Below are positions 1-12,735 of a DNA stretch of 64,000 nt, in pieces. The stretch is from Spongospora subterranea f. sp. subterranea (lineage: Eukaryota): NCBI GenBank assembly GCA_049724395.1, contig JAUGWO010000070.1, positions 124,001 through 188,000 of the forward strand. The letters are read 5' to 3'. Numbering within the stretch: position 1 is the stretch's first letter; every line of letters starts with the position of its first letter. Below the pieces are notes generated by a model that saw nothing but the letters and a program-made list of their open reading frames with translations, was not told the DNA's origin and did no database searches. The position numbers were made by a program, and so were the translations under genes.

Positions 1-1
1 C

Positions 2-511
2 AGCGACCGTCCAAGGTTGCTTCATGGCATCTTCAAAAGCCCTGACCTTGAGAAGGAGGAGTACTGAACGTCGCTGATTATGCATTCCGTTCTCCCTCCT
101 GAACTGCCAACAGATGTGACACAACTGGACCCTGACATTACCCGGTTCCGGCCTACACTACAGTCCACCCTCCCCAATGCTGACTAGCGATGTTGGTGGA
201 CTACAATGTTCCGTCATTGGAGTTCTTTTGATCTGAAAAGTAAGATCATGGGCCAGTTGTCTCACATCTGTGAGCAGTTCAAGAGAAAATCGGGACGCGC
301 TCGTCCATGCTGTAAATTTCTGACGTCCAAGGCATACGTGCTGAAGAAGTTTCATGGCATATGGCGACATCGCACGCAGCGTCAGGTCGTTTGCTAGTAC
401 ATTGCGGGAAACCTGAGCTCGCTATTCAAAGAATACGACCTCTCCCTGGGTGAAGTTTCACCCACCGTTGACCCACGGAGCCGCTTGTCGGATCCACCTT
501 CTCAATTGTAG
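2..511 (+). pseudogene. Degenerate reading frame, possibly the 3' end of a non-LTR retrotransposon ORF
   Basis: Frame 2 reads as protein-like for 170 codons but has three internal stops (TGA, TAG, TAG, consistent with decayed TGG/CAG). The segments EY*TSLIMHSVLPP and KFHGIWRHRTQ loosely resemble LINE ORF2 C-termini. AATAAA follows at about 771. Confidence 0.3.
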
Positions 512-1493
512 TTGAAACCTAAAAGGAAATGTGAATCACCTTTCCAAACAGTTCAGATCGATCACAATCCCATCCTCAACCAATCTCAACAACAGACCAA
601 CCCCACCTGATAGACCAAACTGGATTAAGGTAGACCAGCTCAGACCATTCGGCCTATATCAAAACTCGGTTAGATCTTATGTTAGTCCCGAGCCATCTGC
701 GCCAATCGAAATAGTTAATCGGCCAACGAACGACTCAACCAAGGCTCAAGCCCAATAACCTTGGGAATATAATAAAAGCAAGGCCGAATAATCCGGTGCA
801 TTTCTGGTCAGTCAATGTCCGCCTTATACGAAGGGCCATCCACAAACGTTGAAGTCGCCCCATGAATAGATGAGCTCTATTCTGTAGATTGTACAATGGT
901 TCGTCAAAGATTATTTCTTTTGAAGGCGGTACTTGTCAAGAAATGCTGCTGGCAGAGATGTGGATCATTGACCAGGCATAATTTTAACGCATGCCAAAAG
1001 AAGAATTCGAGTTTTGTTTTGGGGCAAATCAGCAATTGCTAAGTACAAATCAATCTGGCATTTTGATTGAATTTACAACTACAATAGAGTTCGCCGGAAA
1101 AATGTATCATCATGGGCTGCCGATTGACTGTTTGTTTTCGGTTGTCTCCTTCGAAATTGTGGTCCACTTGCACTGGACATGATTCGGTCGGCCCGTCGAC
1201 CTCGTCTAGCGCCATCCCTGTCAGTCCTGTCACGGGGCAATCTGATTCCCGACCAGACGGGGTCTCGCCGTCCGCAATCCAGCATATCTGTCTCGTGATG
1301 CTCTCCATCGCCGCCGTTATTTGATTCGCTAAAACGTCGCCATCGTTATTGGCCTAAACACCGCGATATTTTTTCGCCTTCAGCTCATCTTCCTGTACAT
1401 TTCCTGATCCAATTTAGATAGTATTTTCATGTACGCGCGCCCTTGTCTGTAGGTTCATTAGCTATACTTATTTAATAGAGTGGGGGCTGTATT

Positions 1494-2702
1494 ATGATAT
1501 CTAAGTGGCTGGTCGGTGCTGTCATCAATATTATCGGCAGCATTACTATCAATTTCGGGACGAACCTAGTGAGGTTGGCCCATTGCCAGCAGGAGAAACT
1601 CGCTCAGGAAGGTTGGGTTCGACCCTTATATAAGTCCAAGATTTGGTTGGCCGGCATCGGTTCCTTCTCGCTGGGCAACATCGCAAATTTTATCTCATTT
1701 GGGTTCGCTGCGCAATCCCTATTGGCAGCTCTAAGTTCAGTGCAATTTGTCTCGAATGTCGTGTTTTCCGCCTATTTATGCAAGGAACGGGTCACGAACA
1801 GAGTCATTATCTCAACGGCTTGGATCATCGCTGGCAATTGCGTCATTGTCATATTCTCTGATCCATCAACAAACGACTTCTCCGCCCAGGAGCTATGGGG
1901 TCTCTATTCCCGTCACGATTTCGTCGCCTACCTCTCGTTCTTATTCGTATCGGTTGTCATTCTGCAAGTCACTTATATCCGATTAGATCATGAGAAAAGG
2001 GTGTCGATGGAGAGTGGCCGGTCAATGGGTCGCCAGGAGAGCCTCATTCCAATCATTTATGCTCTGATTTCAGGAATCATCGGAACCCAAGCAGTCACGC
2101 TCGCTAAATCGGCCTCCATCCTTCTGAGGACAACGATTGTTGACTCAAATCAAATGGCAGACCCGGCGATTTATTTTGTCTTGATCATGTGGTTGATGAC
2201 GATGAGCTTCTGGTGAGTGAGAATTCGCTGAGGACGTCCTCCTTTCGAAATCAACGGTATATGTCTAGGCTGTTTCGAATGAACAAAGCGCTGCAAATGT
2301 TTGATAGCCTTCTGATTATTCCAGTTCTCCAAGTGGTTTGGATCGTGTTCAGTGTAATTGGTGGAGGTAAGGTTTGCTGACTCGTCCATCTATTCAGAAA
2401 ATCATATCATCAACGCAGGCATCTACTTTCGAGAATTTGATGAGTTCACGTTTGGCGCCATGTGCGGGTTTTTCATGGGAATTTTGATGATCGTGCTAGG
2501 AGTAAACATCTTATCATCTAGGGCTGGAAAGACGTCGTCACTGTTGGGCTGTCTGCCGAGTCATTCAGTAACTGATTTCTATTCGGATGCCGGGTCGTCG
2601 GGCGTTTCCAGAAGGAACTCACTAATCAGCTTGTTGGCTCCAGAGACGCTTTTGTCTCCCAGGTTCGATATTCCACCTGCGAATAGAAGCGCATCGCCAT
2701 AG
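1494..2702 (+). CDS. NIPA-family magnesium transporter (DMT superfamily), 3 exons
   Basis: Multi-TM protein with WLAGIGSFSLGNIANFISFGFAAQSLLAALSSVQFVSN and MNKALQMFDSLLIIPVLQVVW..GGGIYFREF motifs. GT-AG introns at 2213-2268 and 2367-2418 restore the frame. Confidence 0.92.
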
Positions 2703-3041
2703 GATACTGCATATCGGTGTTCTGATTGTATACTATTTTTCCAGTCGCTGTTTGGTCAATTGCATGTTGTGGCGGCGCATTGTGACCAAATCTCTCATAC
2801 CGATTGGCTCTAATTTTATTCTTGATACATAACACATAGAAAACTCGTATCCATCAACGACGTTTACGTCAATTGCGTCTGAATACGTTCGTTTATTCAA
2901 AGCGCGCAAACTTGAGCAGTAAAACTTCATCAATGCAGCAAGCTGGATTTCCCATTTTACTAAAAACGGACATTTGGTGCTGGTAATTCAGCACGAAAAC
3001 ACCATATCGGGACCTTCAATTTCGCATTAAAAAAACTGCGA

Positions 3042-4088
3042 TTACTTCTTCTCCAATCGGGAAAGACGTATATCCCGATCGTAGAAAGAACATGTCGCCA
3101 ACACATATGGATGAGCAGGATCCCGACACCAGTCGGCTCCATAGGCGATACTCTTCTCGGTCCCACCAAGGAAAGCAAAATCGTGAATGGAATGGAAATT
3201 TTGAACATCAATTACCGAGAACCCATTGTACATGTTCGCACAGAGCACAAGGTGCACGTCGCTATTCGGGTGCCATTTTAGCCTCCAGACACCTCCTCCT
3301 GTGCAATGAATTCCTTGAGGTTCTTTCATGAACCGAGTGTCCCATATTCGAACGTTTTCGTCATATGATCCTATCAGTTAGGAGCCATCAGAGGTAATTA
3401 TCGTTAACAACAGAGAAATCGCACCTGTTGCGACAATGAACGGTCGAGAAGGATGCGATTGAATGCTGGTCACGCCCATTGTATGGATCTCACACTTGAA
3501 TATCGGCGCCGTAGTAGTTTGCCTAGAGTCCCAAGCTTTGAATAAACAGTCATCGGATCCAGAATACATGATCGACGAATGACGATCTAGAGCCGACACC
3601 CAGACTTCGTATTGTTCGTGCCCGTTCCATATACGTTCGATTGTCAGGCTTGCCGCATCGATCAAGCCAATATTCCCATTGCTGGTGGCGAATGAAATCG
3701 TCCCCCGATGCTGATCAACAGACGTAATCATTGCGTCTGCGGTGACGGCGACGTTCGCGTTCGCCTTGTCGTCGTTGAAATTCATTATCTGTATGGAGCC
3801 ATCAACGCAGGCCTGGTAAAGATATTGCCCGTCGGGCGACCAAGACAGATCGAAACAAGCTGGTCCTTCCACCCACTGATTCTCAACCTCATTAGCGTCG
3901 TCTTCAAAATATGTAAATATATGGAATCCTCCATGTCTGTGGTCTGGCCGTTTCTCGTCGAGTTCGTAGGTCCCGCACGCCATGACCGAGCGAGTGTCGC
4001 CATCTTGCCATGGCCGGAATTCGATCGCGTCACTGGGTTTGTTCGCCAGATGCCGCCAACGGGCGTTGATACTGTGCGACAGCGACAT
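3042..4088 (-). CDS. DPH7: Diphthine methyl ester acylhydrolase DPH7/WDR85 (WD40), 2 exons
   Basis: ACGTYEL, YSGSDD, ATGSYDENVRIWDTR (across intron 3371-3424), GGGVWRLKWHP, SIAYGADW and LATCSFYD are the diagnostic DPH7 motifs. Spliced length is 330 aa. Confidence 0.9.
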
Positions 4089-5019
4089 GGGTCGTGAAGA
4101 GCGAATATCACCAAACGATGCGACCGCTGGACGACAGAAACCGGTCCGATTGCTGGCTAATCGCGGACAGCGATTATTCCAGATGGCCCCGGAGACTGGC
4201 CAAGAACCACAGCCCAATCATGTCGGGGGCTCTTCTTCTTCCGATTGGGTCAAACGAACTTTAAAATTTTCACAATAGGGAGGAAAAGACTTAAAAAAAA
4301 TGTTTGTTGATGAAATTGCGGTTTATAGTCTGCTGAGAATGACTGTACCAGAAGTCCATCTCCTCACGTTAAAGGGGTTTGGTTCACGTAGGACGTACTG
4401 AGAATTGATGTTTTTATTTGAGCGATATATTTCCACCATTTATCGATGTGTATCAGCGATAATCGGGACTATTTTATCATGCAGTGTTTTGATGTTATTC
4501 ACTCAAATCAGCGATGATGATGGTATTCAAGGACTCACAAACCATTTCAGTCTGATACGTGAACGTGAACGTTCAAGGCAACAATCAAAGCCAGTAAAGT
4601 AACGTCTGGCATGGCTTGGCATCCAGCGTCAATAACGCCAACGGCATCGAAAACCGCCCGTTATGATCCCAAAAACCCTACCCGTTTTCGGTCGAGTCGA
4701 TCGCCCTCTATCTGTGTCGGGTTCACATCAATACTATCGCCATGTTCTCGCTCCTGTAGACACTGGATCCGAAACCCACCGGAAACAGAGTGAGAGAGTG
4801 GTAACGCTGGGCAGGAGTCAGTCAGACGCGCGTGACGACGACTGCCCAATCGGAAATCCTGGTGGACGCAGGGTCTGTTATATATAGAGAGAGCCCCTGT
4901 GTATATCGGCCCTAAAGGGTTACCACCTCACTTACCTGTCATTTATACACACAATCATAACAGGGGGTCACTGATATAAAAGGACATCACCAACACACCA
5001 TTATAAATGCTGTAGATTG

Positions 5020-5844
5020 ATGTGGCGCGCCTTAGTCAAGCCATTTCAGCGAAAGAAACCGGTCAAGTTCCAGGTCGAGTTCCGCATCGAGCGCATCGAG
5101 AAGTACCCGTTCGAGGGGCTGGAGTTGACGGCGTGCTGGACATTGACCAAATATAAGGGGAGAACGCATCCCGCTAAAGTGAACCTCAAGCAGCAGGTCG
5201 ACTGGAATGAGACGTTTGTATTGCCCGAAGTGGTACTGGAGCTCGATAAGAAAACATGTCACCCCAAACGGGCGCTGGCACATATCGAAGTTTCAGATGG
5301 CAAATCTATAGTTGGTGCCGTTTCCTTCGATATCAATATATTCCTTTCGTCACGAGCTTGGCAATCCGAGAGATTCTCTGTTGATAAATCGAGAACCAAC
5401 TGCCGCATGGTGATATCTGTAAAGACTATACAAACGGAAGGGACTCCCTTGTTTTACGCAAGACAATACGGCCTCAAGCCTTTGAACCTCGCAGTGTCTC
5501 CATCGGGAAACTCAATAGGAATGCAAAACATCGATCCAACATTGCGGACGTCGTTGTTGGGACTGGCCTTATCCAGAGGGCACAAATCGTGGTCTCCAGG
5601 GTCGTCGTCTGATGCGAACCATCCCGATTTTCCATCACCACACAATGGGGTCAAACACGATGCGTTAACGCCGACAGCAACAAAACACGAGACAGAATCA
5701 ACCCAGTCCATATATAACATTGTGGAAAGAATCATGAGTGAAGGGCAAGAAGGCGATATCGACGAAACTACATTTCAGCGGCACAGGCATGAGATGCTGT
5801 CAGAGTTAACCGGTCCAGATCCATATCAATATAGCACAATATGA
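5020..5844 (+). CDS. NT-C2 (EEIG1/EHBP1 N-terminal C2) domain protein, single exon
   Basis: KKPVKFQVEFRIERIE...GRTHPAKV...VDWNETF...IVGAVSFDINIF...KSRTNCRMVISV matches the NT-C2 pattern. Low-complexity C-terminus. Confidence 0.75.
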   Translation: MWRALVKPFQRKKPVKFQVEFRIERIEKYPFEGLELTACWTLTKYKGRTHPAKVNLKQQVDWNETFVLPEVVLELDKKTCHPKRALAHIEVSDGKSIVGAVSFDINIFLSSRAWQSERFSVDKSRTNCRMVISVKTIQTEGTPLFYARQYGLKPLNLAVSPSGNSIGMQNIDPTLRTSLLGLALSRGHKSWSPGSSSDANHPDFPSPHNGVKHDALTPTATKHETESTQSIYNIVERIMSEGQEGDIDETTFQRHRHEMLSELTGPDPYQYSTI

Positions 5845-6046
5845 CTCATACGATCCCTTCAGTTCGCACCAGATGTGCTATGTCGCAGTTCCTCTGCAAT
5901 TGAAACCTCATTTGCGCGAAGTTTTACCAAAATTGAGACTCTTAGTTTTTGTCTTTAATTGTTTGGCAAAATTAGCCATTATCCATTTGGTATATTAGGT
6001 GTAGGATATTGAAGCAGTTAAGCGATATCCCTGCATACCAACGGTT

Positions 6047-6470
6047 ATGGCAGTGGGTGAAAACAAAACTGCATTTCGAGTGGCAGTTCATGAGAGAACA
6101 GACCCCGCCCTGGACACGACATTCCATCGATGGAACGGTTTAGACGGCGCGACACTGTTGTGTCACGAAGAAGACGACGGAATCAGATACAACGCCAAAC
6201 GCAAAATGCTTTACGATTCTTACGACGCGCGCTTGATAAACACCCGATATGGGAGATCCAATATCAGCCCGATCTTGGGAGTCCGGAAGCGTGAGATATA
6301 CAAACAGACAAAAGTGCTCGGCGACACACGACAAGCGACAAAAACACGCACGTACCAAAGGTAATCATGAACCCTGGATATATGGATTAATGGGATCGAT
6401 GGCGCCAACAGCTCAACAATCAATGTAATTGGTTCTTCCTTGCAACAACGCCTGCCTGTTCCAAAGATGG
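6047..6470 (+). mobile_element. Possible highly decayed Tc1-like transposase fragment
   Basis: EEDDGIRYNAK...NISPILGVRKREIYK and STINVIGSSLQQRL echo the Tc1 QQDNAP.H.AK...DLNPIENLWG..KR and STI..LVSSMPRRL segments with similar spacing, but identity is low. Confidence 0.25.
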
Positions 6471-6696
6471 CTATCGGTTTTCAAAACACGATAAAAATTA
6501 ATACATAATCAATCATCAATTGACCTTGGCGAACTCGTTCCGCTTCGGCAGTTGGACATCAGTGGACAGGAACATGACCATTAACGGGCGTGACTCATCG
6601 AATCCTTTTATTCGAACCCGAAACCATCTCAATCAACGAATCATTCTGGTAATCCGATTCTTGATCGATAACGCATTAGCAGACCTTGATATCGCG

Positions 6697-7293
6697 ATGG
6701 CAGCTGCATTCGACCATTCCGTAGATGACATTGCTAACGCGGCCGACAATCTCATGTCGGAATTTTCCGCGTTCATCGCCCGGGGCAATATTGTCGACTT
6801 GGCGGTCGGAACAGTGATGGGAGGTTGGGGGGACTCATTTCACCAATTGTGTGAGCCAATAAGCTGAGCACAACGTACAGGTTCCTTTGGTGCAATCGTG
6901 AACTCGCTGGTCGGTGACGTGATTACGCCGATGGTCAGTTTGGCCTTGCCTTCCCAAGGGCTCAAGGATTCGTTCGTCACCCTTCGCTGCCCAGCAACCG
7001 GAACCTGCAAATTCGATTCGTTGAAAAGCGCTGCTGATGCTGGAGCCATTACCCTCAATTGGGGCGCTTTCTTTCAGGCGATCGTATCGTTCTTGATCAT
7101 ATCTGTGTGCGTCTTCGTCATGGTCAAGATGTACACCAAGGCGTCCCTCCAGGCCCGTCGTAAACAAACGTTGGCGAAGTTGCCACGGTTCTGTACTGAG
7201 TGTGATATGGAGGTGTCAAAACGAGCTAGACGCTGTCCACATTGCACTTCAAACATCAGCGATGGACAGACTGATGCGAAAAAAATAAAATAG
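6697..7293 (+). CDS. mscL: Large-conductance mechanosensitive channel MscL with C-terminal zinc ribbon, 2 exons
   Basis: After removing intron 6824-6880 the protein reads [39 protein letters not shown] (MscL N-helix and TM1), LNWGAFFQAIVSFLII (TM2) and CTEC...RRCPHCTS. Confidence 0.93.
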
Positions 7294-7821
7294 CCATCCT
7301 CGTCATGTGGACTTACACGACAGCTATGGGTCATCTGTTGCCAAGAACTCCAGTTTGATATAGAGTGACGCCTGTGCTGCTTTTTGGGTTTTTGATTGGT
7401 GTTGGTACAGTACAAGTGGCGAGCACAACAAAGCATCGCTGTGTTGTGCACTGGATGAGATACGGATTGGGAATTGTCGTGCCGACCATCAGTGCGGTTA
7501 AAATTGGGGTTTAGATCGTGACGTCATCCGACGATCGGTTTGTTAAATGACCACACCGAAAGCAAATAGGATTCAAACCGTGAGGGCTTTTCCCAATCAA
7601 CATGTTCATGACCGTAACTAGAAGGAGGCTGCCTTCTTGAGCAGAATGCCGAATCACATCGACGATAAAACATGATAGATGGAAGAAGTCATTGAGACAA
7701 TAGGACCTGCTGCAATTGATAGCGGCATCATGTCGCCAAACTAATGGCTCGCAAAGGACAACACCCTACGGCGATACGCGGCGGCATTCATTAACACTTT
7801 GGTGAATTTATTGGGCTGTGA

Positions 7822-9007
7822 ATGATGACCCCGTCCCTGAAGCTGTCAACTGGCTCAGCTATACCATGCATTGGTCTCGGTACGTTCAATTTGACTTTGT
7901 CGTGGCCGCCAGATCTAAACCCTGATGGGCAGGCACATGGCAATCCGCCCCTGGGGAAGTAGCGACCGCTGTCAAAGCGGCCATTCATGCAGGTTATCGC
8001 CATTTGGATTGCGCGTCGAATTATCACAACGAGCATGAGATCGGCGCCGCTTTGGAAGAGGTAGAAAGCTTTTTTTTTGCATCCTGGCGAGCTTGTTTTT
8101 TAGGTATTTCGATCAGGTTTTCGCAGCAGGCAAGGTTAAGCGAGGCGATGTTTTCTTGACGAGCAAGCTTAACAATCCATATCATCGCAAAGAACATGTT
8201 AAACCACAACTGTTAAAAACTCTGAAAGACTTAAAGGTCTTTTTGATTGCAATACATGCATGAAAACGTGATATTCTACTCAGATTGAATATTTGGATCT
8301 CTGGCTGATGCATTGGCCGATAGCGTTCAAATATGTGGCGTTTGATCCGGAGAAGGTAGGTATAGAAGCATACGCTAGCAGCCCAGATGATGCTGCAGCA
8401 GGTAAAAATATCGATCATGGTGTATCAATTCGGTATGTTGCGCTGAAGCTGAAAACACCCAAGGCTGATTGTGGTTTATGCCATTGTCATGAACAGAGAG
8501 ACGTGGGAGGCAATGCAAGAATGTTATGACCAAGGCCTTGTCAAGGCAATTGGGGTTTCGAACTTCACTGCACCGCTAATCCATGATCTGTTAACCTATG
8601 CGAAGGTCAAGCCTGCGGTTAATCAAGTTGAATCCCATCCGTATTGCCAGCAAAAGGCATTGCTGGCTTACGAAAAGAGACTTGGCATTGTATTCGAAGC
8701 CTACAGTCCGTTGGGAACTTCAGGTTTCGCTTCACCGGATGAACCGCATCTCCTCTCTGATCCAGTTCTGAATACCATCGCTCAAAAGCACAACGTCACT
8801 CCCGCTGCCGTCGCTCTTCGCTGGGGTGTACAACGTGGAACTGTTGTCATTCCTAAAAGCGTCCATGAGAACCGAATCAAGGAGAATCTCAAAGTAACTG
8901 AGTTCGCTTTGGATGAAGACGACATGGCCAAAATTGCCACAATTGATAAGAATCATCACTATTTACGCCCGAACGATTGGTATGGCATACCATTGTTCAC
9001 TCCCTGA
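7822..9007 (+). CDS. Aldo/keto reductase (AKR1-like), multi-exon
   Basis: [58 protein letters not shown]. Confidence 0.95.
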
Positions 9008-9737
9008 ACTTTATCATAAGGGATCTGGTTGCGTTGCTTCAAATCCTGGGATATTCGAATCAAACGCTGAGATAAAAAGCCTTATATCATGAAAACGCTG
9101 ATTCCATTATTGTAGCCAGCACATCCGTTAGAAATCACAGAAACTGGACCTATTGCCATAGCTCATTGACAGGCATCATGATAATATCTGGTCAAATGGC
9201 CGCTGTTTTTCAGATGAGTTCGTCCTGCAATTGACGTTGTGTAATTTGTGAGTCGGTCAGGACGAGCTTCTGTTGCTCGTCAAACTGAAACGAGATTCAG
9301 CCACTACTACCGTCTTAACCCGAGAAACACCAATGGTGTTCTATTCGAATACAACACCATGAGGGTTTTCCTAATTGCGCTATGCCACCAAAATCATATT
9401 GCGACTTCACGACTGAGGGCACAATCGCAACTGCTTTTTCGTCGTCCCATCCTTGTACAGCTTTTATCTAGGTCACTAGGTGTGAAAAAACAAATAAACA
9501 TGTCGAAGTCTCGATTCAATCATGCTTCAGACGGGATGTCAGAATCGCTATGTCGTACGACGTCTTAAAGATCTGATTAAACTCGGCACAGACCGTTGCC
9601 CAGGCGTCCCGTTTGCTCGTATGTGGCAGGATGTATTGATTTGGTCATCATTTGCGTCCAATCAGTATGAAGTATAGTACGGTGTAATTTGATGTTTTTT
9701 CCCCAATATTTCTCAAACTGGATGTATTCTATGAATG

Positions 9738-10570
9738 TTAACGATAAAGATGATCAGCCGCGATATTCTGAGAGATTTCTACTTCCTGGTGCACTTTTAG
9801 AGTGCAATACAGAGAAACAATGACGAAATGACGTACCCATTTGTCGCCATTTGCCAACAGTTTATCCTTATCGTATATGAGCTCTTCATGGGTGGCAGTG
9901 GCAAATTCAAAATTGGGGCCTTCCACAATCGCATCAACAGGACAAGCTTCTTGACAGAGCCCGCAATATATGCATTTCGTCATATCAATATCATATCGCG
10001 TAGTTCGCCGACTCCCATCAGCTCTGGGCTCCGCTTCGATAGTGATTGCCAAAGCGGGACACACAGCTTCACACAGTTTACAGGCAATGCAGCGCTCTTC
10101 TCCAGAGGGATAACGACGAAGGGCGTGCTCGCCACGAAAACGAGGGGAGAGTGGGCCTTTCTCAAATGGATAGTTAATAGTAACTTTGGGACCAAGAAAC
10201 GATTCGAAAGTCACAGCCAGACCGCGAATCATCTCAGTAAAAAAAAGCGATCCAGCCGAATGATCTCTGACTGATAACGGATTAGAAAAAATCAGGGAAA
10301 CAAGTCCCATGAAACATACGAGCAGCCCATGACATGGACCTCCAAGGTTCGGGAGATAAAGACTTCCCTTCTGGAATTCGTACCTCATCAGATTGCCTTT
10401 TCTGCTCGATCGAGCTCGACGCCATCCACCGCGCGGAAGCGTTACTATATAAACGAAAAGGTCATCAAAAAATGTGGATTCACGAAGCAGGCTTCAGCAA
10501 GGAGCCGGAATTACTCAGTTCGAGCTAGGGAAGGCAGCCGCAAATGGCGCCATCGAAATCGAGAAATCAT
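9738..10570 (-). CDS. NDUFS8: NADH:ubiquinone oxidoreductase 23 kDa Fe-S subunit (TYKY/NuoI)
   Basis: [42 protein letters not shown] and [12 protein letters not shown]. An upstream exon from ATG 10570 encodes an Arg-rich mitochondrial presequence ([18 protein letters not shown]). Confidence 0.97.
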
Positions 10571-10650
10571 TGTTGTTTTGGCGGAAAGCGATTAAATAAC
10601 TCAGAAAGTGTACACAAAGGGATCACTGGCTGTGTGTAGCAATTTTGTAA

Positions 10651-10800
10651 CGGCCGCGTCGACAAGAGGCCGCGTCGACAAGAGGCCGCGTCGACAAGAG
10701 GCCGCGTCAAAAATGAGAGGCCGCGTCGACAAGAAGCTACGTCAAAAATGAGAGGCCGCGTCGACAAGAAGCTACGTCAAAAATGAGAGGCCGCGTCGAT
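10651..10800. repeat. Higher-order tandem minisatellite of 16-nt and 19-nt units
   Basis: Unit A GAGGCCGCGTCGACAA and unit B GA(G/A)GC(C/T)(G/A)CGTCAAAAATGA, arranged roughly A3-B-(A-B)2-A. Confidence 0.95.
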
Positions 10801-11150
10801 ACAACGTTCCACCGATGTTGTTGCTGTGGAGTTGGAATAATATCCCTCGGGCCGGTCTGGGTTTTGTTTTGAATTCGTTTCGTTCAACTCATTTGGCGAC
10901 TTTACCACAGCATTTCCCAGCCGTTCGATCGCCAATGTATCGCTCAGATTTTTTTTTAGAGCAAACCTGCGAAAATTCTGGGACATGATGGGTGCGCATG
11001 GGCTCCCACGCCTGCAGCACGCGATCTGATCGGAGATTTGTTGTAAAACTTTTTGTTCGTGTATTAGGTAGACATGGCTCATTCCACATAGGAGGAAGAC
11101 GCAAATCTGTGTTTGGTTTTGTCAGGGGTCCCGATTTAATGTAAAGGATA

Positions 11151-12003
11151 TACACCCTCCGTTCAGTAATGACTAACACATTCACGTATTGTTTTTGCTC
11201 AACAATGATCGATACATTGAAAACGCCCACCGGAAAAAGGTTTATTCTTGGTTCAATACCTGTTTTGGCACCCTCAAATGCTTCTTGACTGCATATTAAA
11301 CTGACAGACAGCTTGTTTTCTGCTCGAACTTTACTTTTGCTCATATAAGCAAGAGCGTATTTCTTTCTTACGCCTGCCATCATGCAACATTCCATCGCTT
11401 TCTGCAACGATAGAAGTACATCGTCCAGGTTATAGCTCGGCATATCGCTAAACGCTTTAACAACAGCCGCTATGAGTTCATCAATGTTTTTTGAATATTC
11501 TTGGTGGTGTAGCGACTGAAGAGCGTTGAAAAAGCCCAGATCCAGGACATTCCGGGCTGTTATGAGGTTGACATGTTAGTCTAATGCTCCACCCATCGCA
11601 TGCGCCAACCTCCAGACGAAACAAGAAACAGCATTCTACAGACCCTTTTAGGCCTTTCCCAAAAGCAATTGTATGATCGCTAAACGTAACTTGTTCATGC
11701 GGGTGGTTGAAGGAGCGTCCAACAATACCCACACAGTGTAGGTTATTGGGATAATCGCCGATACCTCCGGCAGGTTGTTGACGTAAAAGTCGAAATCGCG
11801 GCGCCGCGCTGTGAATGCACCTTGGATGCGTTATAAAAAGGGAAACTACAATGCGCATGTTGTGCATTTAAGTCACCGGTTTTCTTGAGCCGCACGTAGA
11901 TTGTTCGTCGCAGGTTACCAGTTTCGTCCCGGACGAGTTCTATTGACGAATGCACGCGCGCTTTCAGAGCGGGGATCACTGGACCCTGGACAATGCCCAC
12001 CAC
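11151..12003 (-). mobile_element. Decayed plant-type mariner (DD39D, Stowaway-mobilising class) transposon with one intact terminus
   Basis: Frameshifted transposase C-terminus GWSIRLTCQPHNSP/NVLDLGFFNALQSLHHQEYSKNIDELIAAVVKAFSDMPSYNLDDVLLSLQKAMECCM. TA plus CACCCTCCGTTC at 11151-11164 resembles the CTCCCTCCGT TIR. The 5' boundary is uncertain. Confidence 0.85.
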
Positions 12004-12735
12004 CTGCGTTGCCGATTCCCATTCTTGTCGGTTGCTTCAGTCGCTACAACAACAAGAATCTCCAAAAGACACTGAAGAACTCATAGTCCATCTTCGAAGA
12101 AGCCTAAAAGGACTGTAGAATGCCGTTCCTTGTTTCGTTTGATGCGTTGGATAGGTTTGGTTCAGATGGCACCTGGTGGCATGATCAGCGATAGGGTGTA
12201 TTCAATTTCTGGGGACCGTTTGGCAGTCTGTGTAGGATTTCGATATGGGATGGTTGGGGAAATTGTTTATAGCGGTAGATTGTCAAGTTCGGGGATCACC
12301 GTATTCGAACTCCAACTGCAGGTCGTCGAAACGGGAACCACAGTAGCGCGCTTGCTGGAGAGACGCTGACAAAACGTCAACGTTGGTTAATTTGATGCAA
12401 CTACAGGTGAATCTGGGTAAAAGGGGCGGATTCCGGGAGCACCTGAAACTGATGAGAACGAAGGGATTTTGACCAGTATTCGCTGGAGGGTTGTTTTCCT
12501 TGGTGTCGAACAAGGCCGGCGGGATGGGGTTCCGTCGAAGATGGTGCCGGCAAGCTGGTTCGGGGTGCAATTCCTGGAGCCTTATAGGCCGGCGTTTCTA
12601 CATCAAAGAAACTACCTAAAGAGATATCCATTGTTTTCGCTGTTTTATCCATGAATACGAATAGTATAAAAGTCGAAAACACTTGAGGATTGCGAATCGC
12701 GACCGCAAGTCGCCAAGCATTTGAGGTCTACCCGG

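Noticed and set aside
740..1308. Minus-strand hypothetical gene upstream of the NIPA transporter
   Set aside because: Open frames exist, but no consistent splice model or recognisable domain could be built.
3378..4217. Extended 279-aa DPH7 ORF from 4217, and the many short antisense ORFs in the track
   Set aside because: These use non-ATG starts or are shadows of real spliced genes; the spliced model from ATG 4088 fits better.
4505..4560. Box C/D snoRNA (ATGATGA ... CTGA)
   Set aside because: The boxes are only about 40 nt apart and no rRNA-complementary guide was recognised.
7561..7625. tRNA-Ser-like sequence on the minus strand (AGGATTCAAACC T-loop-like)
   Set aside because: It cannot be folded into a cloverleaf; at most a decayed remnant.
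10651..10800. CRISPR-like array
   Set aside because: The units are contiguous with no unique spacers, there are no cas genes, and the context is eukaryotic.
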